Virus record (IMG/VR): IMGVR_UViG_3300021255_000108
Span: 1-64,000 of that record
Length of the DNA stretch: 64,000 nucleotides
Direction: 5' to 3' (one strand)
DNA from: a virus
Taxonomy: Duplodnaviria > Heunggongvirae > Uroviricota > Caudoviricetes
A program made the position numbers and the translations under genes. The notes beneath the pieces are model-generated. The model made no database searches and was not told the origin of the DNA. It worked only from the letters and a program-made list of their open reading frames with translations. Positions 1 through 8,570 of the stretch are shown here, piece after piece (the stretch's first letter is position 1; each line of letters starts with the position of its first letter).

Positions 1-11
1 GGTGGATTTCA

Positions 12-251
12 ATGGGTTTGACTGAAAGACATTTGTTTGAATTTGATGATGTGCCTGAAAATTATGAATGGAATTTAGAAGACGATTTATATAATTCAGT
101 TACAAATAATAAAGATTTAGCAGAAAAGATATATTGGATACTGATCGAAGAGGGACAGCATAATTTGAAATTCCCACTTGGCAGTATAATCACAAACACA
201 CCAGATGAAGTAAGAGATATTGTCCGAAAACATATCAAGGAACTAACTTAA
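12..251 (+). CDS. hypothetical protein (79 aa)
   Basis: ORF from track, TAA stop; no recognisable motif. Confidence 0.35.
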   Translation: MGLTERHLFEFDDVPENYEWNLEDDLYNSVTNNKDLAEKIYWILIEEGQHNLKFPLGSIITNTPDEVRDIVRKHIKELT

Positions 252-731
252 GTAGTGAGTAATTTAAATAATACAATTAAAGGAAGGCGAATCTATGATT
301 GAGAAACAATGCCCTCATTATGTTGATAGCCACTCTTGCTATTGGTGTGTTTTTAAAAATAGCAAAAATTGTCCGAAACAAGAGCAATCTAAAGAAAGAG
401 GTAAAAACTCATGAATAACACCTGTCATGAATGTATGAAAGATGCACCGTATCCTTGGTGTTGTAGGATGGAATGTGGCGAACATGAATTTTGTAGAGGC
501 TGTGAAGCTGAAGCAAGCAAACAGCCTAAAAAAGATTGTCATTAATAGAGGTTTAACAAGTGTTTTGTATTCATGAATGGCATAAAATAACTAATAAGCC
601 AATTTATGATTATTGGGACTATTCTGGTTATCATGTCGGTGTATTTTTGTGTAAGTGTAACCTGTGCGGAAAAACGCGAAAAAAGAAGTTTTACTAACAA
701 GGTGATTTATGGAAAATTTGGAGGATAAAAC

Positions 732-920
732 ATGGCGGTCAAAGATATAATAGACAAAATTAAAACGACGAAAGTATACTCCAAATTTCTGGATCAACTG
801 GCTGACAAAGAGCAGGACGAACATATCAAAGACTATTTAACAGAATCATCTCGGTTGCTTAAAGAATATGTAGATGTCCTTGAACAAATAAAAAACCAAT
901 TACGGTGGTGGAATAGGTAG
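732..920 (+). CDS. hypothetical protein (62 aa)
   Basis: ORF preceded by GGAGG-like RBS (tttggaggataaaacATG). Confidence 0.35.
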   Translation: MAVKDIIDKIKTTKVYSKFLDQLADKEQDEHIKDYLTESSRLLKEYVDVLEQIKNQLRWWNR

Positions 921-1210
921 ACATAAATACAAATCCACGGGGATGCTACAGTAGACGGTTGGTGGACATGCGAGGGTTGAGACTACGCGCCGAAAAAGTA
1001 GCACCATCGAGAGATCGAATAAAACATCAGAACCGTGGAGAATAAAGTCCATATGCATGGTGCAAATCCATGCCCGATTTAATATGAAGTTGTGGTGTCA
1101 CTGGATGCAAGTCGGCAGACCCACGAAAGCGTGGAAAGTCACCGTACGAAGATACTCAAATGGAGGATAAAAAGGAAGTAGCGCATCCCTCTAGCCACAA
1201 GATCATAGGT

Positions 1211-1280
1211 TAAAAATTGTAAATTGAATTTTTCTAAAAAATATAATATAATATATATATAAGGTTGAGAGAGAAAAGGA
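1211..1280 (+). repeat. 70-nt direct repeat copy 1 (promoter plus leader unit: taaaaattgtaaattgaatttttctaaaaaatataatataatatatatataaggttgagagagaaaagga)
   Basis: near-identical copy at 2439-2508 (3 mismatches); contains the extended -10 TATAATATAAT motif and RBS-like GAGAGAGAAAAGGA. Confidence 0.7.
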
Positions 1281-1290
1281 AGAATTATTT

Positions 1291-1674
1291 ATGGCACTAT
1301 GGGCAATTTATGCGTCTGATAATTTATATTGTGGTGCTTATGGGATGAATGATTTTGCTATCATTGATGGTACAGAAGAAGAAGCCAATGAATGCGGTCG
1401 AGATTTATCTATTGGTATAATTAATATGTACTCTACTATTTATAATGAGCTTGAAGAAACAGTAAAAGAAATTTGTGAAGATGACAAAACAGCAGATGAA
1501 GATAGCGTACGTGAAGATATATATAACGAAGATATTTCATATAATTGTATTGAATTAGACCCAGATAAATTGCCTACTTCAGATATAAAAGAATTAGAAG
1601 AAATGTATTATAATATGTATTGTAATAATACAGAAGAATTTATAGAAAAGTATACAAAGCAAATCAGTATTTAA
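1291..1674 (+). CDS. acidic hypothetical protein (127 aa)
   Basis: ORF immediately downstream of promoter/RBS repeat; D/E-rich. Confidence 0.45.
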   Translation: MALWAIYASDNLYCGAYGMNDFAIIDGTEEEANECGRDLSIGIINMYSTIYNELEETVKEICEDDKTADEDSVREDIYNEDISYNCIELDPDKLPTSDIKELEEMYYNMYCNNTEEFIEKYTKQISI

Positions 1675-1695
1675 ACAGCGCCGTCGAATTAGTTA

Positions 1696-2115
1696 ATGGA
1701 GGATTTTATGGGTCTTGATAATGGTATTTTTGTTTATTCTAGAACTAGAAAACTTTCAAGAAAAGATTTGCCATTTGGAATGACGTATCCATTTGAAACA
1801 GAAGATAGTGATGAAGATGGTGTTGAAATTTGTTATTGGCGTAAATGTTGGGGTTTGCGCAATGATATAGTCCATTGTTTCGGTTCTGGTGACAAATATA
1901 GTACTTTAATAGAAGCACCAGAACAAGTTATGTGCCTAATTGAAATAATTGCTTCTTGGCTTGATGAAAAGAAATGGAACGCAGAAGGCGGTTCTCTTTG
2001 GTCATATGAACAGATAAGGCATACGTTGATCGTAGATATAATTAATCTGGGCATTATGTATAATTTTATGCAGTCGAATCCGGATATTTATTTGGAGTTT
2101 TACGATAGTTTTTGA
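1696..2115 (+). CDS. hypothetical protein (139 aa)
   Basis: ORF with RBS (aatggaggattttATG). Confidence 0.45.
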   Translation: MEDFMGLDNGIFVYSRTRKLSRKDLPFGMTYPFETEDSDEDGVEICYWRKCWGLRNDIVHCFGSGDKYSTLIEAPEQVMCLIEIIASWLDEKKWNAEGGSLWSYEQIRHTLIVDIINLGIMYNFMQSNPDIYLEFYDSF

Positions 2116-2129
2116 TTTTTATAAAAATA

Positions 2130-2146
2130 TTTGATATAATATATAC
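2130..2146 (+). promoter_or_regulatory. extended -10 promoter (tTGaTATAATatatac)
   Basis: TGnTATAAT consensus; member of a family of ~18 near-identical motifs in the window. Confidence 0.5.
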
Positions 2147-2373
2147 ATAATCAAGAGAGGAGAAAATCTTATGGAAGATTATGGTCCAGTCTGGTTGCGC
2201 TCATCTACGGAAGTTAATCACGATGAAGATTGTATGACAAAAGATGAAGAACTCGCTTGGGAAGAATATTGTAATGAAATGAATGCTCAGTATTGGGAAA
2301 CTGAAATGGCTGATTTGTCCTTTTACGATGCGTTTAATGATTAAGTCACTAACAGCAAATAACTTCCTGAATA

Positions 2374-2438
2374 GGAAAGAGTAGCTCAGTTGGTAGAGCG
2401 TTAAGCCTTAGCTTAAGGTCTCTGGTTCGAGTCCAGAC
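2374..2438 (+). tRNA. tRNA-like element / probable pseudo-tRNA (D-arm gctcagttggtagagc and T-arm tctggttcgagtccaga intact; anticodon arm collapses to a 6-bp stem with a 4-nt loop; no 3' acceptor strand)
   Basis: the 3' side abuts the second copy of the 70-nt promoter repeat, which replaces the acceptor 3' strand. Confidence 0.25.
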
Positions 2439-2508
2439 TAAAAATTGTGACTTGAATTTTTCTAAAAAATATAATATAATATATATGTAAGGTTGAGAGA
2501 GAAAAGGA
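2439..2508 (+). repeat. 70-nt direct repeat copy 2 (promoter plus leader unit)
   Basis: matches 1211-1280. Confidence 0.7.
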
Positions 2509-2657
2509 GAAAGAAAATATGCTGGATGGCTACATTACAGATGTTTGTCTTGAAGAGATTTATCGGGATCTTGATGAAATTGAATGGCAACTTGTAGTGG
2601 ACTCTTGGTCTGAAGCAACTTACTCCTCACAACTTGACGATTAACGTCAAGTCTTAT

Positions 2658-2732
2658 GGCTCAATCTTCTAGTGGTAGGAAGCCTGACTCTCAATCAGGT
2701 AAGGGTAGGTTCGAATCCTCCTTGAGTCACCA
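2658..2732 (+). tRNA. tRNA with anticodon CUC (Glu-type), CCA encoded
   Basis: acceptor ggctcaa/ttgagtc (two G-U), anticodon stem cctga/tcagg, loop ctctcaa, T-loop ttcgaat, 3' CCA. Confidence 0.5.
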
Positions 2733-3379
2733 TCGTCGGTTTGAAGACGTAAAACTCAAACACACCGATAACACGGATTTAGCACTTCAACTACCACCGG
2801 CATCATTGAATTAGAGAAGTCAATTTAAGTGATCCAATAAGATGATGATATGTGGCTAGCGGAAATCGGTATATAAAGAAGCGAAGTAAAGTGCGCCAAT
2901 TGCGACCTGAGATAAGGTGGTGTGGGTGAAAGCAAACCCACGATACGCTCCCGTGTAGCTAGCGGGCCAACGCAGTATAAGGTAAGTAAAGTCTGTTAAA
3001 ACCTTTAATTCACAGACCGTCGGCCATCGTGAGGTTGGGGTTGCAACCTGATAGCAAATTATTCCTCCTTAACCTATGTGCGTGCTACCCATAAGGTAAC
3101 ACAATAATCATGGGTTAGTTGGGACCGTATGCGGCAACGGGGTATAAAGACGCATTGCGCAAGCAGAGATTGCCCATTGGGATCCTCACTGCGAGTGGCA
3201 TTAATACTCAAAAAAGTAATTCTCCCAATTCCGTGGCTCCTGGATATAGAGCAGTCGGATCACGAAGTGAAAATCTTCGGTAAGAACAAATAAACCATCC
3301 ATTGCGCGCAAGGGTTTGTTGGTTTTCCTCCTTATACGCGGGTAAGGAAAAAATCTCCCATTTGAAAAAATTAAAAAAA

Positions 3380-3397
3380 TTTGATATAATATATATG
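3380..3397 (+). promoter_or_regulatory. extended -10 promoter (tTGaTATAATatatatg)
   Basis: consensus motif 20 nt upstream of the RBS of ORF 3417. Confidence 0.5.
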
Positions 3398-3416
3398 TAA
3401 GATGAGGTGAGGTCCG

Positions 3417-3605
3417 ATGTCTCTTGACAAAGCGATTAAATCTGGTAAAGAACATAGGAAACCTTATCGCAAATCAAAAAGAATTGATGCAAGTTGTCGG
3501 AATCACGGAAATTGTCCTTATTGTAAACAAAATCGTTTACATAAGTTTCGTGATGACAAAGGTCAAAATATGTTAGAAGAATTTAAAAACGTAGAAGAAG
3601 AATAA
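3417..3605 (+). CDS. small highly basic protein (62 aa) with a C-x-H-x2-C-x2-C cluster
   Basis: ORF with RBS gaggtgagg; K/R-rich, CRNHGNCPYC. Confidence 0.4.
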   Translation: MSLDKAIKSGKEHRKPYRKSKRIDASCRNHGNCPYCKQNRLHKFRDDKGQNMLEEFKNVEEE

Positions 3606-3608
3606 TAT

Positions 3609-3684
3609 TGCAGACAGGACACGCGGTCAAGTCACGAGGCTCATAACCTTCGGGGACTGGGTTCGACTCCCAGGTCTGCCACCA
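3609..3684 (+). tRNA. tRNA anticodon CAU (Met or lysidine-Ile2 type), CCA encoded
   Basis: acceptor gcagac/gtctgc with unpaired 1:72, anticodon loop containing CAT (loop may be 8 nt), T-arm ctggg-ttcgact-cccag, 3' ACCA. Confidence 0.4.
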
Positions 3685-4287
3685 AGCGCATCACTCACCT
3701 GCGCTATATAAATGGGTAAGTCGTGGATAAGCGCCGAATCGTCATTGGTGCCAGGGTTAAAGTTCTGTTATATTCATCGGGAGTTCGATTCTCCCCAGTG
3801 CTCTGGTGAGGATGGTATGAAGAATTTCTTGGACGCAAGATAGCCTCGCTCAAAGGCGGCCACCGGAGAGTGATTAAGTCGAGAGGGCGACATTAAACAT
3901 CCCGAGTCCATTCTTAGAAATGGTAAACCGCACATCGTTCGCGGTATATAAGTAAGCGGTGTCGGCAAGCAGGGCCAAACTGCTACAGGCTTGGTAATCA
4001 GGCAAGCCCTCAAACGTACGTAGTCGTAGGCAGGGAAGCGCAATAATGCCCTGACGTATCGCGGTCACGAAAGCCATTAAGTGCTAATGGATACGACAAA
4101 ATTTAGCTGAAAAACAAGAAGGCAGGGAAAATGGATGGGTAGTCCCGAACAGCTCTTAGGGTAGCTCCCTAAACTGGCAAATGAAGCGGCTTCATCTACC
4201 GCTCTTGTCACACAGTGTAGGCTAACTGGATACATGACCCAGTATAAAAAGGTGTCGCGCTGATAGACCGCAAGTTCGCAATAGTCT

Positions 4288-4373
4288 ATTATTCTATGCT
4301 CGGGTCGAATAAAGGCAAGTTCGCCGGCCCTTCAAGCCGGAAATGTAGGGTTCAAGTCCCACCCTGAGTACCA
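4288..4373 (+). tRNA. tRNA anticodon UUC (Glu-type), CCA encoded
   Basis: acceptor gctcggg/cctgagt (two G-U), D-stem gaat/gttc, anticodon stem ccggc/gccgg with loop ccttcaa (C33 unusual), weak T-stem. Confidence 0.35.
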
Positions 4374-4382
4374 TATATATAC

Positions 4383-4460
4383 GTCCTGTTAGTTCAGCCA
4401 GGTCTAGAATATAGCGCTGTCACCGCTAAGATCACGGGTCCGAATCCCGTACAGGACGCC
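4383..4460 (+). tRNA. tRNA-Asp (GUC)
   Basis: acceptor gtcctgt/acaggac, anticodon stem tagcg/cgcta with loop ctgtcac, T-arm acggg-tccgaat-cccgt, GCCA 3' end. Confidence 0.65.
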
Positions 4461-4468
4461 ATTTTATA

Positions 4469-4543
4469 GAGGATGTGGTGTAATGGTAACATGACTGCTT
4501 TGGGAGCAGTAGTAGCGGTTCAAGTCCGACATCTTCTACCATT
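4469..4543 (+). tRNA. tRNA-Pro (UGG)
   Basis: acceptor gaggatg/catcttc (one G-U), D-stem gtgt/acat, anticodon stem actgc/gcagt with loop tttggga (G37); T-stem only 3 bp. Confidence 0.5.
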
Positions 4544-4939
4544 CAACCCCATAAAGCCTGAATTAACAGGATATGACTGGCCGGTTGAGGTCCGGCGGTA
4601 CGTCTGGTGTGGACTTGTTGAAACATCGGGACGTGCGTCTCGTGAGCGACGACAGCAGGGGTGAGGCTTAGATTTGTGCCAACAATAGTCGAGTTACAAA
4701 CAAATCAATAGACCGTTACAGCTAAATTTTTGGTTAGACAAGCAAATTCTGAAAAAATTTTCTTTACGGGTTCGATCCCCGAAGCGGTCTAGATTCCTTG
4801 CCAACCATGCGGAATAGCGGGTTCAAGGCAAAAAACATGCGGTCTAGCTAGACGCAACGATGGCTAGTTTGGGGTTTTATGCCACGCTCTTTAGGCAGCG
4901 CAACCCGCTATGACGAGATCTTAGCACGCTTGCCTATAT

Positions 4940-5013
4940 GCGCCATTCGTATAATGGTAGTATCACTGCCTTCCAAGCAGTATGTGCGGGTTCAACTCCC
5001 ACATGGCGCTCCA
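4940..5013 (+). tRNA. tRNA-Gly (UCC), CCA encoded
   Basis: acceptor gcgccat/atggcgc, anticodon stem actgc/gcagt with loop cttccaa, T-arm gcggg-ttcaact-cccac. Confidence 0.65.
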
Positions 5014-5140
5014 TTTAAAGACCTGTCAGCAATCTTTCTTATTGCATTTTGGAGCACGAGGTTCCAGGTTCGACCCCTGGGTTGGGGACCCTCCCCAACT
5101 AGCTCAATGGTAGAGCGCGTATTAGCGGGTCTTGTATTTT

Positions 5141-5216
5141 GGCCCTATAGCTCAGTCGGTAGAGCATGCGGCTGTTAACCGCAGTGTCGTAGGTTCGAAC
5201 CCTACTGGGGCCGCCA
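5141..5216 (+). tRNA. tRNA-Asn (GUU), CCA encoded
   Basis: acceptor ggcccta/tggggcc, anticodon stem tgcgg/ccgca with loop ctgttaa, T-arm gtagg-ttcgaac-cctac. Confidence 0.7.
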
Positions 5217-5304
5217 TTCACGATAGCAAATAAGTGAATAAACGTATGTGCGGCTGGCCAACCTCAAGGCTATTATTTTAAAATAATAAGGAGAACTTGA
5301 CTTT

Positions 5305-5916
5305 ATGGATTTTGGTTCTTGGAATGTTGACATTCACATTGGGAGCAATATGCCCCAGAAAATCGCCACTGCGATGTCTGAACTGGAAGGAACTCTTGTT
5401 GGTGCTGAATATACTCCTATTGCCTATCTCGGTTCTCAGGTTGTAAATGGTACTAATCACGCAGTACTTGCGGAGCAGACAATTGTTACAGGTCGTGACA
5501 CACACAATGTTGTGGTAATGATTTTTAATGAAAAGCCCAATGACACAGTTGCTACTCTTGTGAGTATTGAACGGGTTGTTGAGGGTGGAATGCCACTCGG
5601 TGGAACTACCGTAGATGTACATACTGATATTCCAACAGACGCAATGGAAGTATGGAATGATGCTTTTATGGGATTTGTTGGTTCTAAGGTAGAACCTTTC
5701 GCGCTAATTGGCACACAGGTTGTTAATGGTATTAATTACATCTTTGTTGCTGAAGTTACTTCTGTGACCCGTGAACCTGTTAAGGAAGTTGCTATCGTTA
5801 CTGTTAATAACAGGACTAAGCAGGTAACCTTTATGAACGCACTCGAAAATAAGCATCAGGCTTCTCTTGGATATGCTTTCACTTGGTTGAAGAAACCGCT
5901 GGGCGAGTGGCCCTAA
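5305..5916 (+). CDS. hypothetical protein with two tandem homologous ~90-aa domains (203 aa)
   Basis: ORF with RBS aaggagaa; internal repeat GSQVVNGTNHAVLAEQTIVTGRD / GTQVVNGINYIFVAEVTSVTRE; GC-richer than neighbouring genes. Confidence 0.55.
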   Translation: MDFGSWNVDIHIGSNMPQKIATAMSELEGTLVGAEYTPIAYLGSQVVNGTNHAVLAEQTIVTGRDTHNVVVMIFNEKPNDTVATLVSIERVVEGGMPLGGTTVDVHTDIPTDAMEVWNDAFMGFVGSKVEPFALIGTQVVNGINYIFVAEVTSVTREPVKEVAIVTVNNRTKQVTFMNALENKHQASLGYAFTWLKKPLGEWP

Positions 5917-5948
5917 CTCTTAATGAGCAGATACGTCTGCTCTTATTT

Positions 5949-6035
5949 AGAGAGGTAGCATAGTGGCTTAATGCAGCGGCCTTGAAAACCGCCGATCTTT
6001 AAGGTCCGTGGGTTCAAATCCCACCCTCTCCGCCA
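5949..6035 (+). tRNA. tRNA-Ser (UGA), type II, CCA encoded
   Basis: long variable arm, anticodon loop cttgaaa, T-arm gtggg-ttcaaat-cccac, acceptor agagagg/cctctcc, discriminator G. Confidence 0.55.
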
Positions 6036-6658
6036 AGAGTTGTTATTTATCTCTGTCTAAAAAATAACCGTAGGACGAGGCTAAGGTGGAAAGAAATCCA
6101 TGACACAAACTTAGCGTATAACGTTAGACCCAGGTATGTTAAGGTTGCAGGTATGGGAAAACTGCGTAAAATGTATAATGCCTTATGTTAGTGCCTCATG
6201 AATCAATGGTTTCTTTAGCTCATCATAATAGCAGAGGTGTGGTATAATTAGCCACAGGTTGACACCTAAAATACTTAGTGCGCTTCCATATGGGGCAAAC
6301 GCCATATGGGCAAACGTTTAACTGTACGCAATTATTCTAGATGGCGCACTTAATACAGTATTTGTGCGTAGACCCGTATTAAACGGCGAGCAAATCCCGT
6401 TTGAAAAAACGAGAATCAGCAAAGAGATATATAACAAGATATAGTTTTAATACAACTATGGGAGCAATGCGGGGTGCCTGGGTACCAAAGGAATGACAAA
6501 AGATCCCCTGCCCAACCGGTGTAGCTGGGCCGTATAAACAGCGCAGGGATAAGAGCTAATGACTCTGTTCTGCCTAATAACTTTAGGTAGTTAGTGATCT
6601 GTAAAATCACCGTTAGAGGCTGAGAGGCTTAGGTTTAATAAATTTTGAGGTGAAAATA

Positions 6659-6850
6659 ATGGTTGATACTCCTGTGTATGAATATGAGTTTCCAAGTTAT
6701 GAGCCTGCGTGGTGGGGCATTTATCCGCCATTTCGTCCACAGACTGAATATCGTACCGGTTGGGTATGCCCTAAATGCGGCGCGGTAATGTCTCCTGATA
6801 CTCAATATTGTGTTAATTGTACTCAAATCAATTTTACAGTTTCTTGTTGA
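6659..6850 (+). CDS. zinc-ribbon protein (63 aa; CPKCG...CVNC)
   Basis: ATG 8 nt after GAGG; two CxxC pairs. Confidence 0.4.
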   Translation: MVDTPVYEYEFPSYEPAWWGIYPPFRPQTEYRTGWVCPKCGAVMSPDTQYCVNCTQINFTVSC

Positions 6851-6863
6851 TTTTATTAAAAAA

Positions 6864-6886
6864 TTATAATATAATATATATATAAA
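6864..6886 (+). promoter_or_regulatory. extended -10 promoter upstream of tRNA-Ser(GCU)
   Basis: aaattATAATATAATatatat motif 7 nt before the tRNA 5' end. Confidence 0.45.
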
Positions 6887-6892
6887 AGATGA

Positions 6893-6980
6893 GCGGTATT
6901 GGCTGAGTGGTTTAAAGCGCGGGCCTGCTAAGCTCGTGATCTGTAAAGATCCCAAGGTTCAAATCCTTGATATCGCGCCA
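6893..6980 (+). tRNA. tRNA-Ser (GCU), type II, CCA encoded
   Basis: acceptor gcggtat/atatcgc, anticodon stem cgggc/gctcg with loop ctgctaa, variable arm hairpin gatc-tgtaaa-gatc, T-arm caagg-ttcaaat-ccttg. Confidence 0.65.
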
Positions 6981-6991
6981 AGGAGAATGAT

Positions 6992-7204
6992 ATGTTTTAT
7001 TATAAAATTACTTATTGTGATCAATATAAAGATCAAGAATATACTCATTATGGAATTGTAATTGCTTCAAGTTACAGTGAAGCAGTAGAAAAGTTGGTAA
7101 ATGATTATGGGCCTGAAATTGAGTCTATAACCGTTGATGAAGAAATTGATACAGTCATAACTAAAGACGAGATAGATTTAGGAATAAAATTTTTAGATAA
7201 ATGA
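6992..7204 (+). CDS. hypothetical protein (70 aa)
   Basis: RBS aaggagaatgatATG directly after the tRNA. Confidence 0.4.
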   Translation: MFYYKITYCDQYKDQEYTHYGIVIASSYSEAVEKLVNDYGPEIESITVDEEIDTVITKDEIDLGIKFLDK

Positions 7205-7695
7205 TGGAATATAAACAATTAATTATTGCGCGCAAGGATCTTCAAATGCATCCTGGTAAATTGGCGGCGCAAGTATCTCATGCGTCAATGGCATTTCTAA
7301 CATCACAGATAAAGAAAACAGCAATGCCATTGACTAATTATATGTTGACTAATTTTGATGAGCCTGTTCAAAAGGTAATAAATCCTTTTGATATTAGTAA
7401 GTATGAAGCAAATATTGTCTTAGATAAAGATACTTATGAAAAATGGATTAATGGCTCTTTTACAAAAATTGTATGTGAAGCACGCAATAAAAATCATCTT
7501 TTAAGAGCAATAGAATATGCTAAATCAGTAGGATTATATACAGAAGGATATGATTACTTTCTTATTCGAGATAATTGTTTAACAGATTTAGTGCCAGAAG
7601 ATGAAGATGGTAGAACTTTAACTTGTATTGGTTTTAGACCATTGCCATTTACGCTTAGTCAAGTAATTTCTCGACATTATCAATTATACCGATAA
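7201..7695 (+). CDS. peptidyl-tRNA hydrolase, PTH2 family
   Basis: motif HPGKLAAQVSHASMAF matches the PTH2 GK-AAQ-HA signature; overlaps the upstream stop (ATGA). Confidence 0.6.
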   Translation: MMEYKQLIIARKDLQMHPGKLAAQVSHASMAFLTSQIKKTAMPLTNYMLTNFDEPVQKVINPFDISKYEANIVLDKDTYEKWINGSFTKIVCEARNKNHLLRAIEYAKSVGLYTEGYDYFLIRDNCLTDLVPEDEDGRTLTCIGFRPLPFTLSQVISRHYQLYR

Positions 7696-7714
7696 GTTGA
7701 AAATAGTAAAAAAA

Positions 7715-7725
7715 TTTGTTATAAT
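7715..7725 (+). promoter_or_regulatory. extended -10 promoter (tTGtTATAAT)
   Basis: consensus motif followed by RBS aggagg. Confidence 0.45.
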
Positions 7726-7740
7726 ATAGGAGGAAATGAG

Positions 7741-7968
7741 ATGTTAGTTAAATATTCTGTAAAATATATTAATGATAATTATCAACATAATGATCACGAA
7801 GATGAACCAGCTTCTTATGAAGATGAAGGCATCGTTTCCGCCGCAGATTATAATGAATGTGTCGCACGATTAAATGAGCGTTATGGTGAAGAATGTGTTT
7901 TTTGGTTTTCATTCTGTCCTTTGGTAGATGTAATTACTAAATCTGAAATGGATGATGTATGGGATTAA
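7741..7968 (+). CDS. hypothetical acidic protein (75 aa)
   Basis: ORF with RBS. Confidence 0.4.
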   Translation: MLVKYSVKYINDNYQHNDHEDEPASYEDEGIVSAADYNECVARLNERYGEECVFWFSFCPLVDVITKSEMDDVWD

Positions 7969-7969
7969 T

Positions 7970-8045
7970 GGGGCGGTAGTCCAACGGCAGAGACAGAGGA
8001 CTTAAAATCCTTCCAGTGAGGGTTCGAATCCCTCTCGCCCTACCA
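7970..8045 (+). tRNA. tRNA with Leu anticodon UAA, type I (short variable arm), CCA encoded
   Basis: acceptor ggggcgg/tcgccct, D-arm gtcc-aacggcaga-gac, anticodon stem gagga/tcctt with loop cttaaaa, variable ccagt, T-arm gaggg-ttcgaat-ccctc, discriminator A. Confidence 0.55.
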
Positions 8046-8154
8046 GCTGGTGAAGCGATAACACCGTCTAAAAAAACACTTAACACAGGTAAAGGTGTTA
8101 AATAATTTTTAATGCGGTAAGTAAAGGCCGCGAGCATAAGGAGAGTAGATATTT

Positions 8155-8454
8155 ATGCGTTTTATATCTGATAAGACCGGAAAGGTTTATACTACACAAG
8201 AGGATTGTATCGCCGCTGAAAAGATTTTTGATGCGGAACAGCAAAAGAAAGAACTTGCTAAGAAACAGAAGGAAGAAACACGCGCTAAACGGGCTAAAGA
8301 AGTTGAGGATGCGTATACGGCTTACGTAGAGATGCGCAAGAATTATAATGATCTTGTAGCTAAATTCGTAAAAGACTATGGTTCATTCCATATGACACTA
8401 AAGAATGATGACAATGGCGTATTCAAAACTTTATTTGATAACTTTTGGTTCTAA
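8155..8454 (+). CDS. hypothetical protein, K/E-rich coiled coil (99 aa)
   Basis: ORF with RBS aaggagag. Confidence 0.45.
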   Translation: MRFISDKTGKVYTTQEDCIAAEKIFDAEQQKKELAKKQKEETRAKRAKEVEDAYTAYVEMRKNYNDLVAKFVKDYGSFHMTLKNDDNGVFKTLFDNFWF

Positions 8455-8495
8455 TAGTTCTTTGGCGCTCTATTAAATTAGAACGCCATTTATAT

Positions 8496-8570
8496 GCGGA
8501 CGTGGTGTAATGGTAACATGCCGGTCTCCAAAACCGTGCGATTTAGGTTCAAATCCTAACGGTCGTGCCA
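8496..8570 (+). tRNA. tRNA-Trp (CCA), CCA encoded
   Basis: acceptor gcggacg/cggtcgt (one A-G mismatch), D-stem gtgt/acat, anticodon stem ccggt/accgt with loop ctccaaa, T-arm ttagg-ttcaaat-cctaa; preceded by hairpin ggcgctcta-ttaaa-ttagaacgcc. Confidence 0.55.

Noticed and set aside
3774-4077. Track ORFs 3774..4043(-) and 3874..4077(-)
   Set aside because: They lie in GC-rich non-coding sequence between tRNAs, have no RBS, and run antisense to all neighbouring transcription; likely chance ORFs in a structured-RNA region.
2733-4287. RNase P RNA in the non-coding blocks
   Set aside because: The conserved CR-I (GGAAAGUCC) and CR-IV/V sequences were not found. Only a weak resemblance (agtcccgaacagc) is present, which is insufficient.
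3685-4373. tmRNA (ssrA) hypothesis for the non-coding block ending in a T-arm plus ACCA at 4373
   Set aside because: The 3' element resolves as a tRNA (anticodon UUC) with its own 5' acceptor at 4288. No tag-peptide reading frame ending in ...AA-stop and no tmRNA 5' acceptor partner (GGGG...) were found.
4473-5178. Track ORFs 4473..4664(+) and 4879..5178(+)
   Set aside because: They overlap tRNA-Pro, tRNA-Gly and tRNA-Asn and tRNA-like fragments; the reading frames are artefacts of GC-rich tRNA sequence.
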